DNA of 64,000 nucleotides. Origin: a virus. A model generated the notes under the pieces. That model was not told the origin of the DNA and did not search any database. It saw nothing but the letters and a program-made list of their open reading frames with translations. Every line of letters starts with the position of its first letter. The stretch's first letter is position 1. The DNA is taken from IMG/VR virus record IMGVR_UViG_3300037258_000514, positions 64,001 through 128,000 of that record. One strand, written 5' to 3'. This document shows, piece after piece, positions 35,995-45,675 of this stretch. The position numbers and the translations under genes are program-made.

Positions 35995-37332
35995 TTATTG
36001 AATCTTCTCTAGTTCACGAATGAAATTGATGCAAGCTTCACTCCATCCGTCAATGTGTGTCCACTCTCTGTAACCAAGGCCGTTCTTGTTAGAAGCAACG
36101 TTAATTACATACCCTTTACCTTTGGGTGAAGCAATCCCATCGTGGGCTTGTTCATCAGTGAACACAATGATACGATCATAGCCTTCTCTTGAATTAATGT
36201 GCTGTAAAGCTCGTTCAAGATAAGTTGAACCGTGGGGCAAGCTGTTTACGATCGCATCACGTAGAGCAAATCCTCTACGAGCAGGTACTAGCACGCATTG
36301 AGAGCTGAATGTGTAGACAACACAATCAGAACAAATTTCACGCGCTAGCATTGCCACTCCACAGGCAGCATCCATTCTAGTGATCTCAGACTTTCCTGAG
36401 ATTTGCGCTTCCATTGAACCGGATACGTCTATTAATAGAATAGTCTTACCTGTAAGCTTTTCCTGCTCCTTGAGACACTTCATCATACCTGCTTCAAGTT
36501 CTTGCTCAAGTTTCGGAGCATAACGAGCAGCGGCGATGAAGCGGAACGGAAGTACGCGTTCGGTCTTGATGTTTAGCAACGCCTTACGAATATTGGAAAT
36601 GTCGACTCCTGCTTCTTGCATGTTACGCAAGTTGCGAAGGAGAGCCAAAGCGCCCAGCTGATTTTCTGCGAGCTTTGATTCCCATACTGCTTTCTTCTGT
36701 TCCTCTGTCTTCTTTTCCTCTCCTGCCGACAAGGCTACTTCCCAAGTCGAAGCAGGCGGGAGAGTTCCATTAACTAACTGTTTCCAAACTGCTTCTTGCT
36801 CTTCGTCTTTCGGCTTTGCGTGCGACAGGAACAAAACATCACGAAGCTTTACTGCATTGTCTTGGTTGTACTTCGCCAAGTCATAGGCAGAAAACTTATT
36901 GAAAGCCTTTGCAAGACCTTTTTTCACTTGAGCAGAAAGTGTTTTCTTTCCCGGTTGATCTGCCCAGTAGAGTGCAAGGAACTCTGCAAGTTCATCAGCA
37001 CGTTGAATTACACGTGCAAGTGTGTCAGCAACGAGACTACCATCAACATCTTTTCTCTTTGCCAACGAACGGACAAGGAAAAGAGGCATGTGACGAAGCT
37101 TCTGTTGTTCGCGACATTCGATTGCCAACTGTGCAACTTTGTTGGAATCAACATGCTTTGCCGCTTCGAGAACTTGCTCAGAGATCGTCTTACCATCAAC
37201 ATAAAACTGATCTTCAAATAACATCGTTGCAAGAGTTAAACGACGAAGCTGAAGTTCAGGCGAAATCTGAACCGCCTTTGCTCCTTCGTGTGTAAAAATT
37301 GGGTTGGATAGTACGGCTGTGTTTGTACGCAT
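35995..37332 (-). CDS. rsr: Ro60 / TROVE + vWA Y-RNA-binding protein
   Basis: THEGAKA, LFEDQFY, IQRADEL, LAKYN...VKLRDVLFLSHAKP, TWEVALS, ALLRNLRN, LPFRF, DVSGSM MIDAS, FTDEQ. Confidence 0.95.
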   Translation of the reverse strand: MRTNTAVLSNPIFTHEGAKAVQISPELQLRRLTLATMLFEDQFYVDGKTISEQVLEAAKHVDSNKVAQLAIECREQQKLRHMPLFLVRSLAKRKDVDGSLVADTLARVIQRADELAEFLALYWADQPGKKTLSAQVKKGLAKAFNKFSAYDLAKYNQDNAVKLRDVLFLSHAKPKDEEQEAVWKQLVNGTLPPASTWEVALSAGEEKKTEEQKKAVWESKLAENQLGALALLRNLRNMQEAGVDISNIRKALLNIKTERVLPFRFIAAARYAPKLEQELEAGMMKCLKEQEKLTGKTILLIDVSGSMEAQISGKSEITRMDAACGVAMLAREICSDCVVYTFSSQCVLVPARRGFALRDAIVNSLPHGSTYLERALQHINSREGYDRIIVFTDEQAHDGIASPKGKGYVINVASNKNGLGYREWTHIDGWSEACINFIRELEKIQ

Positions 37333-37373
37333 TTGTTGCCTCCGCCAGAGTCTAGTTGACTCGGAAATTTAAT

Positions 37374-37474
37374 CTACCGGGAACACTCGAGCAACGTAGC
37401 GTTTTAAAGTCCGCAACGACCCACATGGTATGAGGTTATTAGCCTCGAAGTAATGCTACTCTACGCCACGGCAG
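37374..37474 (-). ncRNA. Yrl-like Y RNA copy 2
   Basis: CTGCC-GTGGCG...TTACTTC...CGAGTGTTCCC-GGTAG. Confidence 0.8.
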
Positions 37475-37478
37475 TTAG

Positions 37479-37814
37479 TTACTCGTAAATACCTAAAACC
37501 TCTTCTTCACGCATCATTAATAGCTTTTCGCCATCGACTTCAATATCTACACCTGAATACGGTCCGAAAAGAACTGTCTCACCGACCTGAATATCAAGTG
37601 GAAACAATTCTCCATGTTCGTTCTTCTTTCCTCGTCCTACAGCTAATACTGTTCCCTTTAGTGGCTTATCTTGAGCTGCATCAGGAATAAACAACCCACT
37701 ATCTGTCTTTGTTTTGGCTTCATGTCGTCGAACGGTAAGACGATCGTGTAGCGGTTTAAACTTTTTTACTGCAAAAGCTGCTTTCTTTTCTTCCTGCATT
37801 GCTGTACTAGGCAT
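37479..37814 (-). CDS. groES: co-chaperonin GroES
   Basis: KPLHDR, SGLFIPD, GTVLAVG.G, GETVLF..YSG, MREEEVLG. Confidence 0.95.
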   Translation of the reverse strand: MPSTAMQEEKKAAFAVKKFKPLHDRLTVRRHEAKTKTDSGLFIPDAAQDKPLKGTVLAVGRGKKNEHGELFPLDIQVGETVLFGPYSGVDIEVDGEKLLMMREEEVLGIYE

Positions 37815-37841
37815 TCTATCCCTCTCAGGAGTTTTAAAAAA

Positions 37842-37993
37842 TTAGCTTCGGGAACAAGCGATTCAAGTGTTTTTAGCGTGCTACCATTACACCACCGGCC
37901 AAGTCTATTCGTTATTGGTTGGCCAGCAAGGACTCGAACCTTGACCTCTTCCTCTCAAGGGAAGTAACTCAAATCATAACGCCACGAAGCTAA
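37842..37993 (-). ncRNA. YrlA-type Y RNA copy 3 with permuted tRNA domain
   Basis: scaffold plus anticodon-like arm, T arm GGTTCGAGTCC, acceptor stem and D arm, in permuted order. Confidence 0.9.
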
Positions 37994-37999
37994 ATTCTA

Positions 38000-38094
38000 T
38001 CCGCGGGGAATATGCGACTTAGGATAGCCCATACCAATAGGGCAGTTCCCCGATTACACGGTGAAGAAGTAACCCAAATCTATCGCCACGCAGA
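38000..38094 (-). ncRNA. Yrl-like Y RNA copy 4
   Basis: TCTGC-GTGGCG...GTTACTTC...CGCATATTCCCC-GCGGA. Confidence 0.8.
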
Positions 38095-38109
38095 CTTAAA
38101 CTTTAAATC

Positions 38110-38315
38110 GTTCCAGGGAATAGTCGAATCTGGTCGATGTTACCTTTAGGGCTTACTTCATTCGGGTTTCAGTTATTTACTCCCCTACGTGTTTTAGCCT
38201 TATATCTCACATCTAACGGATTTGAAAAGGACGCTTAGCCTTTGTTCAGAAACGCTGTTTTGTTTCTGCTACAGCTGCTAGGTATGAAGTAGCCAGCTTC
38301 TGTCGCCACTGAAAC
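38110..38315 (-). ncRNA. Yrl-like Y RNA copy 5 with ~150-nt insert
   Basis: GTTTCA-GTGGCG...CTACTTC...CGACTATTCCC-TGGAAC. Confidence 0.75.
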
Positions 38316-38319
38316 AAAC

Positions 38320-39138
38320 TTAATCCAAAAACATTGAAACAGTTCCAAAAATTGCGCCTTCTTTGTTTAGCAAAACCTTGTGCCAACCATTAAGGAAGAT
38401 CGTTTTGTGATCTGCGTGCTTTACGCTTCCTCTTGCGTATACAGTTGCATTACGCTTCATCTGGTTAAAACCGCGCTGCTGATGCGGTTCAAGTCTTTCG
38501 TATTCAGCAGGCGAAATAACTGCCTCACCGCGAACGTAAACTGTGTCACCACCAAATCTGTAAAGCTGTTCGCACATGTGCGGTTTGCTTCCACGCCCGC
38601 GACTGATCGGTTCGTTTTTCAAGATTGGATTCTTCCAATCACTTTTAGCAAGAACAAAATTTGGATCAGGAATGAAAAACCATTCACCCTGGCGAAGCCT
38701 CGCAGCATTGCGACGACGATCACGATGACGTGCGCTTAATCCTTGTTCTGCTTCACGTACATCTGTTGGTTTCATTGACTGCTTAGCATCACGAACAGTT
38801 GTTGCATTTCCATCAATTCCGGAAATGAACCAATGCCGTTCATCATGTCCAAGCAACATTCGCGTTACGGATTCACCAAGTTTTTGTCCTACACGATTGA
38901 ACGTAGGAGTTGCTGCCATCAAAACCATGTGACGTTCTTTTGGAACAAGATTTAAGACGTTGAATCTTACATCTGCTCCCTTTTCAACAGCCAACTCAAA
39001 ATGTTCACCTTTCCTATCGTTTACAATGTTGATAAGAAAAGGTGTTGTCCTTCTGTTCCATGGATTGGTACGTAACTCAGACAGCTTGAGTCGCGCTCCC
39101 ATCTTCTCAAATGACCGTTCTAGTGTTTGTAGTTCCAT
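38320..39138 (-). CDS. hypothetical protein embedded in the Y-RNA cluster
   Basis: LGHDERHWF, RQGEWFFIP, GRGSKPH, VYARG.V.H.DH motifs. Confidence 0.7.
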   Translation of the reverse strand: MELQTLERSFEKMGARLKLSELRTNPWNRRTTPFLINIVNDRKGEHFELAVEKGADVRFNVLNLVPKERHMVLMAATPTFNRVGQKLGESVTRMLLGHDERHWFISGIDGNATTVRDAKQSMKPTDVREAEQGLSARHRDRRRNAARLRQGEWFFIPDPNFVLAKSDWKNPILKNEPISRGRGSKPHMCEQLYRFGGDTVYVRGEAVISPAEYERLEPHQQRGFNQMKRNATVYARGSVKHADHKTIFLNGWHKVLLNKEGAIFGTVSMFLD

Positions 39139-39152
39139 TTTTGTATAATCTC

Positions 39153-39219
39153 CCGGGGAACAAACGACTAAAGGTATATTTTCTCCAATTGAGAAGTAAC
39201 CCTTAGTCTACGCCACCGG
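39153..39219 (-). ncRNA. Yrl-like Y RNA copy 6 (minimal)
   Basis: CCG-GTGGCG-TAGACTAAGG-GTTACTTC...CCTTTAGT-CGTTTGTTCCC-CGG. Confidence 0.8.
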
Positions 39220-39511
39220 TAAATTATCGAGCAGTCTGGTCTCGTTGTGCCTATAAATATACCAAAACTTAGCTCTTACCAGTTTGCGCATATCGTTGGT
39301 TAGTGATAAGTACGTTGAGTGGTGGTGCAGTATTACTGAAGGGATTGTGTCCTCCTGTGTGATCTTTATCACGCAGGCAAGGACGCTTCGAGAAATCCCA
39401 GCACTTATACATAACGCCACACGTTTCTCTAACTGTAAGTTCTTCGTTCTGTGCGTTAATAACGGCTAGCATTTTACGTCCTCCTTTTAAATTACCAGTG
39501 ACACTACTGGT

Positions 39512-39540
39512 AACGTAATATATTACCGAAGGCATGTCAA
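39512..39540 (-). promoter_or_regulatory. sigma70-like promoter upstream of the Y RNA/Ro60 operon
   Basis: GC-TTGACA-17 nt-TACGTT with an AT-rich UP region. Confidence 0.6.
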
Positions 39541-39796
39541 GCAAATTCTTATTATTTTATTAAATTACTATAAATTTATGCCCACTATACTTAAATCATT
39601 GTAGATATTATGATCTTTTAGCAGGGCATAGAATTCACTAATCTTACCTGTTGAGAGTAATTCAGCGCCGGTAATTGCGATTTTCCATTGCTTAGTCGTC
39701 AGCAAAACATTTAGCATTCCTTTTTCGACTTTCGCTACACACCAGGTGAAGCTATAAGTGTCTTTGTCAAATCTGCTAAACACAAGAAACTTACCG

Positions 39797-40333
39797 TTAC
39801 GCCTTGCTAGCATTAACAACCTCGTTAATTTCAAAGAAAACAAACTCAGCTTGATCCATTAGTGTGAGAGAAAGAAAACGTGAACGTCCTTGATCTTCGT
39901 ATCCATATAACTCGTCCCATTTATCTCGGCGAGCTTTCCATTCACGATCAGAAATGTACTCCGGACGATCAGAAGAATTTTGGTAGTGATAATCTTCGAT
40001 TCGACTATCTTTTCCAACAAAATCAAGCGCGCGTTTAACTTTTTGACCTACTATTGTTACTAATCCATCGCCTTCAAACACTTGAACGTAAATGCGTCCT
40101 TTACTAAATCTAAACGTAATCGAACCATTAAAATCGAATTTACTTCTGAGCATTGTCTTCGACTGTATAAGGTATTTTTCTTTAAGTTCTTTTATGCCGC
40201 CGTCTAGACGCGAAGCGGCTTGCCTCATGCGGTAGTAAACATTTTGTGTGCCTTGTTTATGCCAGTTCTGGATTAGATGTTTGAGTTTAACGCCTCTCCT
40301 TACGCGATAAGCATTATAGATTTTTGTACTCAT
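39797..40333 (-). CDS. hypothetical protein
   Basis: MSTKIYNAY...DYHYQNSSDRP...W..R...WD motif pattern. Confidence 0.6.
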   Translation of the reverse strand: MSTKIYNAYRVRRGVKLKHLIQNWHKQGTQNVYYRMRQAASRLDGGIKELKEKYLIQSKTMLRSKFDFNGSITFRFSKGRIYVQVFEGDGLVTIVGQKVKRALDFVGKDSRIEDYHYQNSSDRPEYISDREWKARRDKWDELYGYEDQGRSRFLSLTLMDQAEFVFFEINEVVNASKA

Positions 40334-40616
40334 TTTACCTCTCTCTTTCTTCGTTCTTCATATCTTGTTCCCCCACATTCTTTACAAATACCCTCTCCTG
40401 CAGTAATTCCTCTACAACAATGTTTGCAATCCAGCCGTATAAGCGAATACAAATTCCTAGTGTGCCATTCAGAATAAGCGGCTATAAGTATAGCCAATTT
40501 GTTTGCTGTATCATCTGCACCTTTCCTCTTTGGATTTTCACGGTAAGTAGCTTGTAGATATCCCTTTGCTTCGGCAAGGGCATAAAACAATTTGTTAGGA
40601 AGATCAAGATTATCAA

Positions 40617-41009
40617 TCATCTTATCGTTACTGTCCTTAAATTGCCATCCACGATCTTAAACTTGTTGTTTTCAAAAACAAGCAAAATTTCCTGTTCTGC
40701 TGCTTTATCGGGAAATTTATGAACATTGGCGATAACTTTTGCTACTTCTTCTTTGGCCTTGGCGTCGTCTTGTGTAGCTTCATACCAAAAGGACGAAGCT
40801 GGATGCCACCATAATACTTTATGTGTTTGCCAACATGGATTCGCAAACTCTTCTTTTTGTAATCCACGTAGTTCAAACTCGGTTCTTTTTTCGCTTTCAA
40901 GTATTAGATCAGCAAGTAAAGCAAGGCGAATAGCTTTTCCGTCGTTTCTCTTAACGAAACATAGCCAGTGCGTTTTAGAAATTTCACTTAATGTTTTTGT
41001 CTGACGCAT
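40617..41009 (-). CDS. hypothetical protein
   Basis: ORF in operon. Confidence 0.5.
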   Translation of the reverse strand: MRQTKTLSEISKTHWLCFVKRNDGKAIRLALLADLILESEKRTEFELRGLQKEEFANPCWQTHKVLWWHPASSFWYEATQDDAKAKEEVAKVIANVHKFPDKAAEQEILLVFENNKFKIVDGNLRTVTIR

Positions 41010-41291
41010 TCCTATTTACTCCATCTACAATGCGAAGTGTATTCTGTTCTTTTATTCCTATCTTGTAACCTAAAGCTATTCCAAACATCATAGCTGTTTG
41101 ATATTTCCGCAATCTCTCTATCTTTTCTATTCTTATGTTGGACATTGCTATCCATGAAGATGCGTTTCATACACTTCGCCATTGGAGATGAGTTCAGCAC
41201 GTAATTCCGTACCATTAAAATTAAGTCACCGTCGTCTAGAGAAAACTCATCTGATAGGACAAAACCATCAAGCTCTTCATTTGTAAGCATC

Positions 41292-41915
41292 TCAGTTTTT
41301 CCTTACTCTAAAGTTCGCATCTACAACAGAGAACTGAGCTTTCTTTTCAGTTACAGAAGCTAAGCCGAGTTTACCAAGTGCATATTGATATTGAGCCTCT
41401 GCTTCTGGTGTTCCTGTACCGAGATTTGCGAAGTGAAACTTCGCCTCTTTCTTACCTTTGTTGTCGCGCATATCCCCTTCAAACGTACAGGCGATAAGAT
41501 CTCCTTTGTTAAAAGTAACCTCCAATCCATCAGTTCCATAAACAGAAGCAGGCATGTTAATCTCTAACTTAGCAGGAAGGGCTACATCATTAACAAAGTC
41601 TTTAAACTTTGTCATTAAGACTTTCTGCCCCATCCTAGCCGTAATAATCCAATTTCCTGTTGCATGATCTGGCGTCAATGTTGCTCCCTCCCTTATTTTC
41701 ATCTTATCGAGAAATACCGCGCCCTTGCCTGCTGACGTGAATCCTTCTGTTTCATCTATGATTTGTTTAAGTCGTGGTAGTATTTTATCCAATTCTGCTC
41801 TTTCCTTCTTAACCGATTTAAGTTGACGCTTAATACTCCTAAGCTGTTGTTTTTTAGCTTGAAGATGAAATTGAATAGCACGACGTTCACTTCTTTTCAT
41901 TTCTATTAACTCCAT
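41292..41915 (-). CDS. hypothetical protein with N-terminal coiled coil
   Basis: 207-aa ORF. Confidence 0.55.
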   Translation of the reverse strand: MELIEMKRSERRAIQFHLQAKKQQLRSIKRQLKSVKKERAELDKILPRLKQIIDETEGFTSAGKGAVFLDKMKIREGATLTPDHATGNWIITARMGQKVLMTKFKDFVNDVALPAKLEINMPASVYGTDGLEVTFNKGDLIACTFEGDMRDNKGKKEAKFHFANLGTGTPEAEAQYQYALGKLGLASVTEKKAQFSVVDANFRVRKN

Positions 41916-42720
41916 CTACACGAGTTAGTTCAATTCTATCCGGAAGATATTTACTCCCTTCAAGTAAATCGGCCAGGTTGTCAGCAGATATTGGTAGCTT
42001 TAATTTCTTCTCAAGAACGGAACAATCAGGTGTTACAACAATACTAACCTTTGTGCAGTTTTTTGTTTTGATTATAAGAGGATTTAGATTCTTCATCTCC
42101 CTTACGTTTGCTGCATCAATAACAATAAATAGCGTATCAGCTACAGGGAAAGTAAGCATCAGGAAGTCCTCTGAACACCATCCACAACATTGTAGAATGA
42201 AAGCGCATCCACAGGAACATTGTTGAGATGGCAAAGTACTATCAAAGCGGGAAAGATAAGAGGAGTGAATAAATCTAAAACACATTCGCCTTCTTCTTTT
42301 GTTAACATGCAAGCCTGGAAACGTTTTAACTCAACGAGTGGCCCCCCTAAGGGCGAGTTCATATTTACTGTGCCTTTTGGAGTAAGTTTAATCTTCAGTG
42401 CAAACCCTCCCGCACTAAATATAGCTTTTCTTTCCTCGAAGTAGTGCATTTGAATTGCACTATCGGATAGCCCAAGCCCATCGTTCACACCCTACCCACG
42501 GAATTATGCCGTACTCGGATGAGTTAGAAGCTTCAGGTGCTTTAAACTCTATCCATGTGTATCTGTTCTTTGGGCGAACATCGGGAAAATCATCCCAGTT
42601 CCAGTTTTCTCTGCTACACTTAACAAAGAAGAGCTCACTTGCGTACGTACCATCAATTTTTTCGTCTACGTGTTTTAGCAAAATACTACCCATAGGGTCA
42701 TCGTATAGAATAGATACATT

Positions 42721-43686
42721 TTACCTTCCTGCTACAAAGAGTTTTACTCCAGGGTCTTTTAAGGGTTTTCCCTCTGGTCCTTTGATGTACGATTCAACAA
42801 AGACAGGTCTGTGTCCTCCAGTTGAAGGTAAGTATTGATTTCGCCAATGTCCCCGAACAGACCACTGCCACTGCCAATCAGGCGCAGTTCCGGAGGAATC
42901 TTTCTTGCGCGCTTCCTCCAGCCTACGAAGTGTAATTACGCGAATGAAAGGCGTAACAGGCATTTTCTTAAATGCGTTTCTCCTTAGAACTTGCCTATGC
43001 GTGTTGTGTGTAACATTAGCTGCAAGACGTTGAGCCATTAAGTAAAATGCAGAGTAAATCCAACGTATTTCATGCTTTGTTTCAGACTCACGTCCTTGCT
43101 TGTATTGTCCTCCAACTTCAATAGATATACCTTCGAACTCTTTAATTCTATCAATTAACTTCTCCCCAGGTTGGAGCATAAAGTATGACCACGGGGAGAA
43201 TTTTAGCGTGGAGTGGATATGACTAAGATCAAGGAAGCAAAGGAACTGTGTGGCACCATTCTCCGCGATCTTACCCGGAACATTTCCTACCATTCCTTTT
43301 GCAGTTTGCTCACCCGCAGTGACAGGTCGCCACCCAATAGCTGAGATTTTTGGTTTAAAGTTCAATCCTGAATGGGCGTTTTCAATCTCAACTTGCTCAA
43401 CATGAGGAACTTCAAACGGATCTTCGATCCACAGAAACCCTTGCTTTGATTGCATCCATTCAGGATCAAAGGCAAGATCATCAGGAACAGTCTCCCTTGC
43501 ATGTTCAACAAGGGAACAGAATTTACTGTTCATAAAGAATGTATCACCGGATTCAAGCACATTAATATATAGTGGAATCGCGGCAGTTGAACCTCCTGCA
43601 GAGGCCCCTTTGTATAATCCACCCTCACGCGCCCATCTAAGCCAACTTGCTCTTGTTTCCAGAGCTTTGATGTAGTTTGTTTCCAT
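42721..43686 (-). CDS. conserved phage hypothetical protein
   Basis: WSVRGHWRNQY......V.V..YIKGP C-terminal motif; GGAGG RBS. Confidence 0.7.
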   Translation of the reverse strand: METNYIKALETRASWLRWAREGGLYKGASAGGSTAAIPLYINVLESGDTFFMNSKFCSLVEHARETVPDDLAFDPEWMQSKQGFLWIEDPFEVPHVEQVEIENAHSGLNFKPKISAIGWRPVTAGEQTAKGMVGNVPGKIAENGATQFLCFLDLSHIHSTLKFSPWSYFMLQPGEKLIDRIKEFEGISIEVGGQYKQGRESETKHEIRWIYSAFYLMAQRLAANVTHNTHRQVLRRNAFKKMPVTPFIRVITLRRLEEARKKDSSGTAPDWQWQWSVRGHWRNQYLPSTGGHRPVFVESYIKGPEGKPLKDPGVKLFVAGR

Positions 43687-44796
43687 GTGATTTACCTCCT
43701 TTTTGTAATGCTTTCACAATACGATTAAGCGCTGATTTTCTAAGTTCGAGTGGTATTGGAATTTCAGAAAATGCGTTCCTTATAGCATAACGTAAACGAC
43801 GCTGTTTATTTATTTCTTCTTTCATTTTCTTCGAAAGTTTAAGTTGTCTAAGCTTTCGTTTCATCTTTGATTTCCACTGCTTAACACGTTTACTTTCCTT
43901 CTTCATCAAAATTCCCTATCTGAAGTATATCACAAAGATCATTATCAGAAAACGGTCCCCGCCATTCTGTGCAAGGTCTCCAATGAATAAAATACGTTGC
44001 CTGCCAGATTAATTTCTGATCTGAGTTTAGATTCGGATTTCCAACAAATCTACCTTCATCCTGAAGTTCAACAGCTCTACTCACAGGGACTGATATTGTC
44101 TCCGCTTGTCTGAACACTTTCCCTCCGCCTGAATTCGTTGTTAACTATCTTTAATCTTTCTCTGTCGAAATGATTAAGATCTGCACGTTGAGAAAGAATT
44201 TCAAGTACTCCACGAAGTAGTTCAACTTCTGAAAACTTCGATAAGTCCTCAGGGATAAGCTCTGATAGTTTAATTATGGGTACTGGCATGCTTCCTCCAT
44301 TGCTATCTATCAAGCAAACGCTAAGCATTCGCGTAGACTAAGCATTGAAATCGAACTTTTCAATGCTATATCCAATTCCGGGTAATGCTTTGATTTGATA
44401 CCCAATTAGATTGTCTTCGCAATAGTCAATAATATACTGAAGGGTCGACGCATTGCCTGAATGGTGCGCCTTACCTGTTAGCATAAAATTCTCAACTATA
44501 CGACGTACTTGCGCGTTAGTTAAGTTTCTATGCTTTCTAGGGAGAAGTTGCGGCGCTTTCTTTCTTCCATCGAGTTTAGTTTTGTCCATCGTTAGACCCT
44601 TGTACTTCTTTAACGACATTGCGAATTTGCTCGTTTAAAGCAGCAAGTTGCGCTGAAATTTCAAACATACATTGCATCTGATAAGTTTGAACCTTTGCCA
44701 TTGCAGCTTGAATTTGAAGGACATTTGCGGGGCCATCACAAGCCTTTACATCATTAAATGCTTTACTAGCTTCATTTCTAATCTGTTCTGCTGTTA

Positions 44797-45675
44797 TCAC
44801 AATTTTCTCCTGCTTGTTTTTTTGAGTGATGTTAACTTATCTTCGACTAACTTCTCAGTCGGGAACACGCAAAGGTTAGGTCTCTTTGGAGAATACGTAA
44901 ATGAATCTGTACAATACACTTTGGTAAAGTCTTCGAGAAGCAGATCAACTCCTTTCGAGAATATACCATGTGTAACGTACAGGTAAAGTTCAGGATGATC
45001 TTTCTGTTGTTCTCGAATCTTCTGAGCAATCCCCTTAAATGTTCCTCCACCATCACAGATATCGTCTACAATTAATACACGTTTTGTGTTGATGATTGGA
45101 ACAGTAAATTCTAATAAAGCTCCCGTTGTTACATCACGTTTTTTCTGACAATGCAGAACAGGGATGCCAAGTTTTTGAGCAAACAGAAGATTATAGCGAT
45201 CAACCGATCCTTCATCCGGGAGCAGGATAGTTACATCGTCTAGCTGCGCAACCACCGATGCAATTATTGGTTCTACTCCAATATTAACGAAGTTGGCAAT
45301 ACAACTTTTTGCTGCGTGAGAGTGAACATCCAAAGCCAATACGCGATCACAACCCGTCATGTTTATCATATCCCCGAACACTTTGAGTCCAAAGCAATCA
45401 GCAGGTGTAAACCTTCTATCAGCTCTTGCATACGGCAAGTATGGGAAAACAAGGGAAACCGGAATTCTCCGGCCTCCAATTACTTCTCGAACGCAATCAA
45501 CAAGCATCGCCGTTTTAATGAATGATGAACGCGAAATGATTTCTACTTCATCACTGCGATCAATTAGTTTCGCTTGCTCACTGTTCATTCTAACCTGTAC
45601 TTCACCTGCTGGATATGTAAATAGACTATACAGAATACTATTGTCTTCTGGAATGCGGATTTTGTGTATTTTCAT
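44797..45675 (-). CDS. PRPP-synthetase-like protein (NARP1 Adps-type)
   Basis: YPAGE, PYLPYARADR, DVHS, PDEGS, IVDDICDGGGTF, VTHGIFSKG. Confidence 0.9.
   Translation of the reverse strand: MKIHKIRIPEDNSILYSLFTYPAGEVQVRMNSEQAKLIDRSDEVEIISRSSFIKTAMLVDCVREVIGGRRIPVSLVFPYLPYARADRRFTPADCFGLKVFGDMINMTGCDRVLALDVHSHAAKSCIANFVNIGVEPIIASVVAQLDDVTILLPDEGSVDRYNLLFAQKLGIPVLHCQKKRDVTTGALLEFTVPIINTKRVLIVDDICDGGGTFKGIAQKIREQQKDHPELYLYVTHGIFSKGVDLLLEDFTKVYCTDSFTYSPKRPNLCVFPTEKLVEDKLTSLKKTSRRKL

Noticed and set aside
31796-39219. CRISPR-like repeat array interpretation of the repeated GGGAACA...GAAGTAAC...CGCCAC motifs
   Set aside because: Repeats are bipartite, degenerate with compensatory changes and irregularly spaced; no cas genes; Y RNA fits better.
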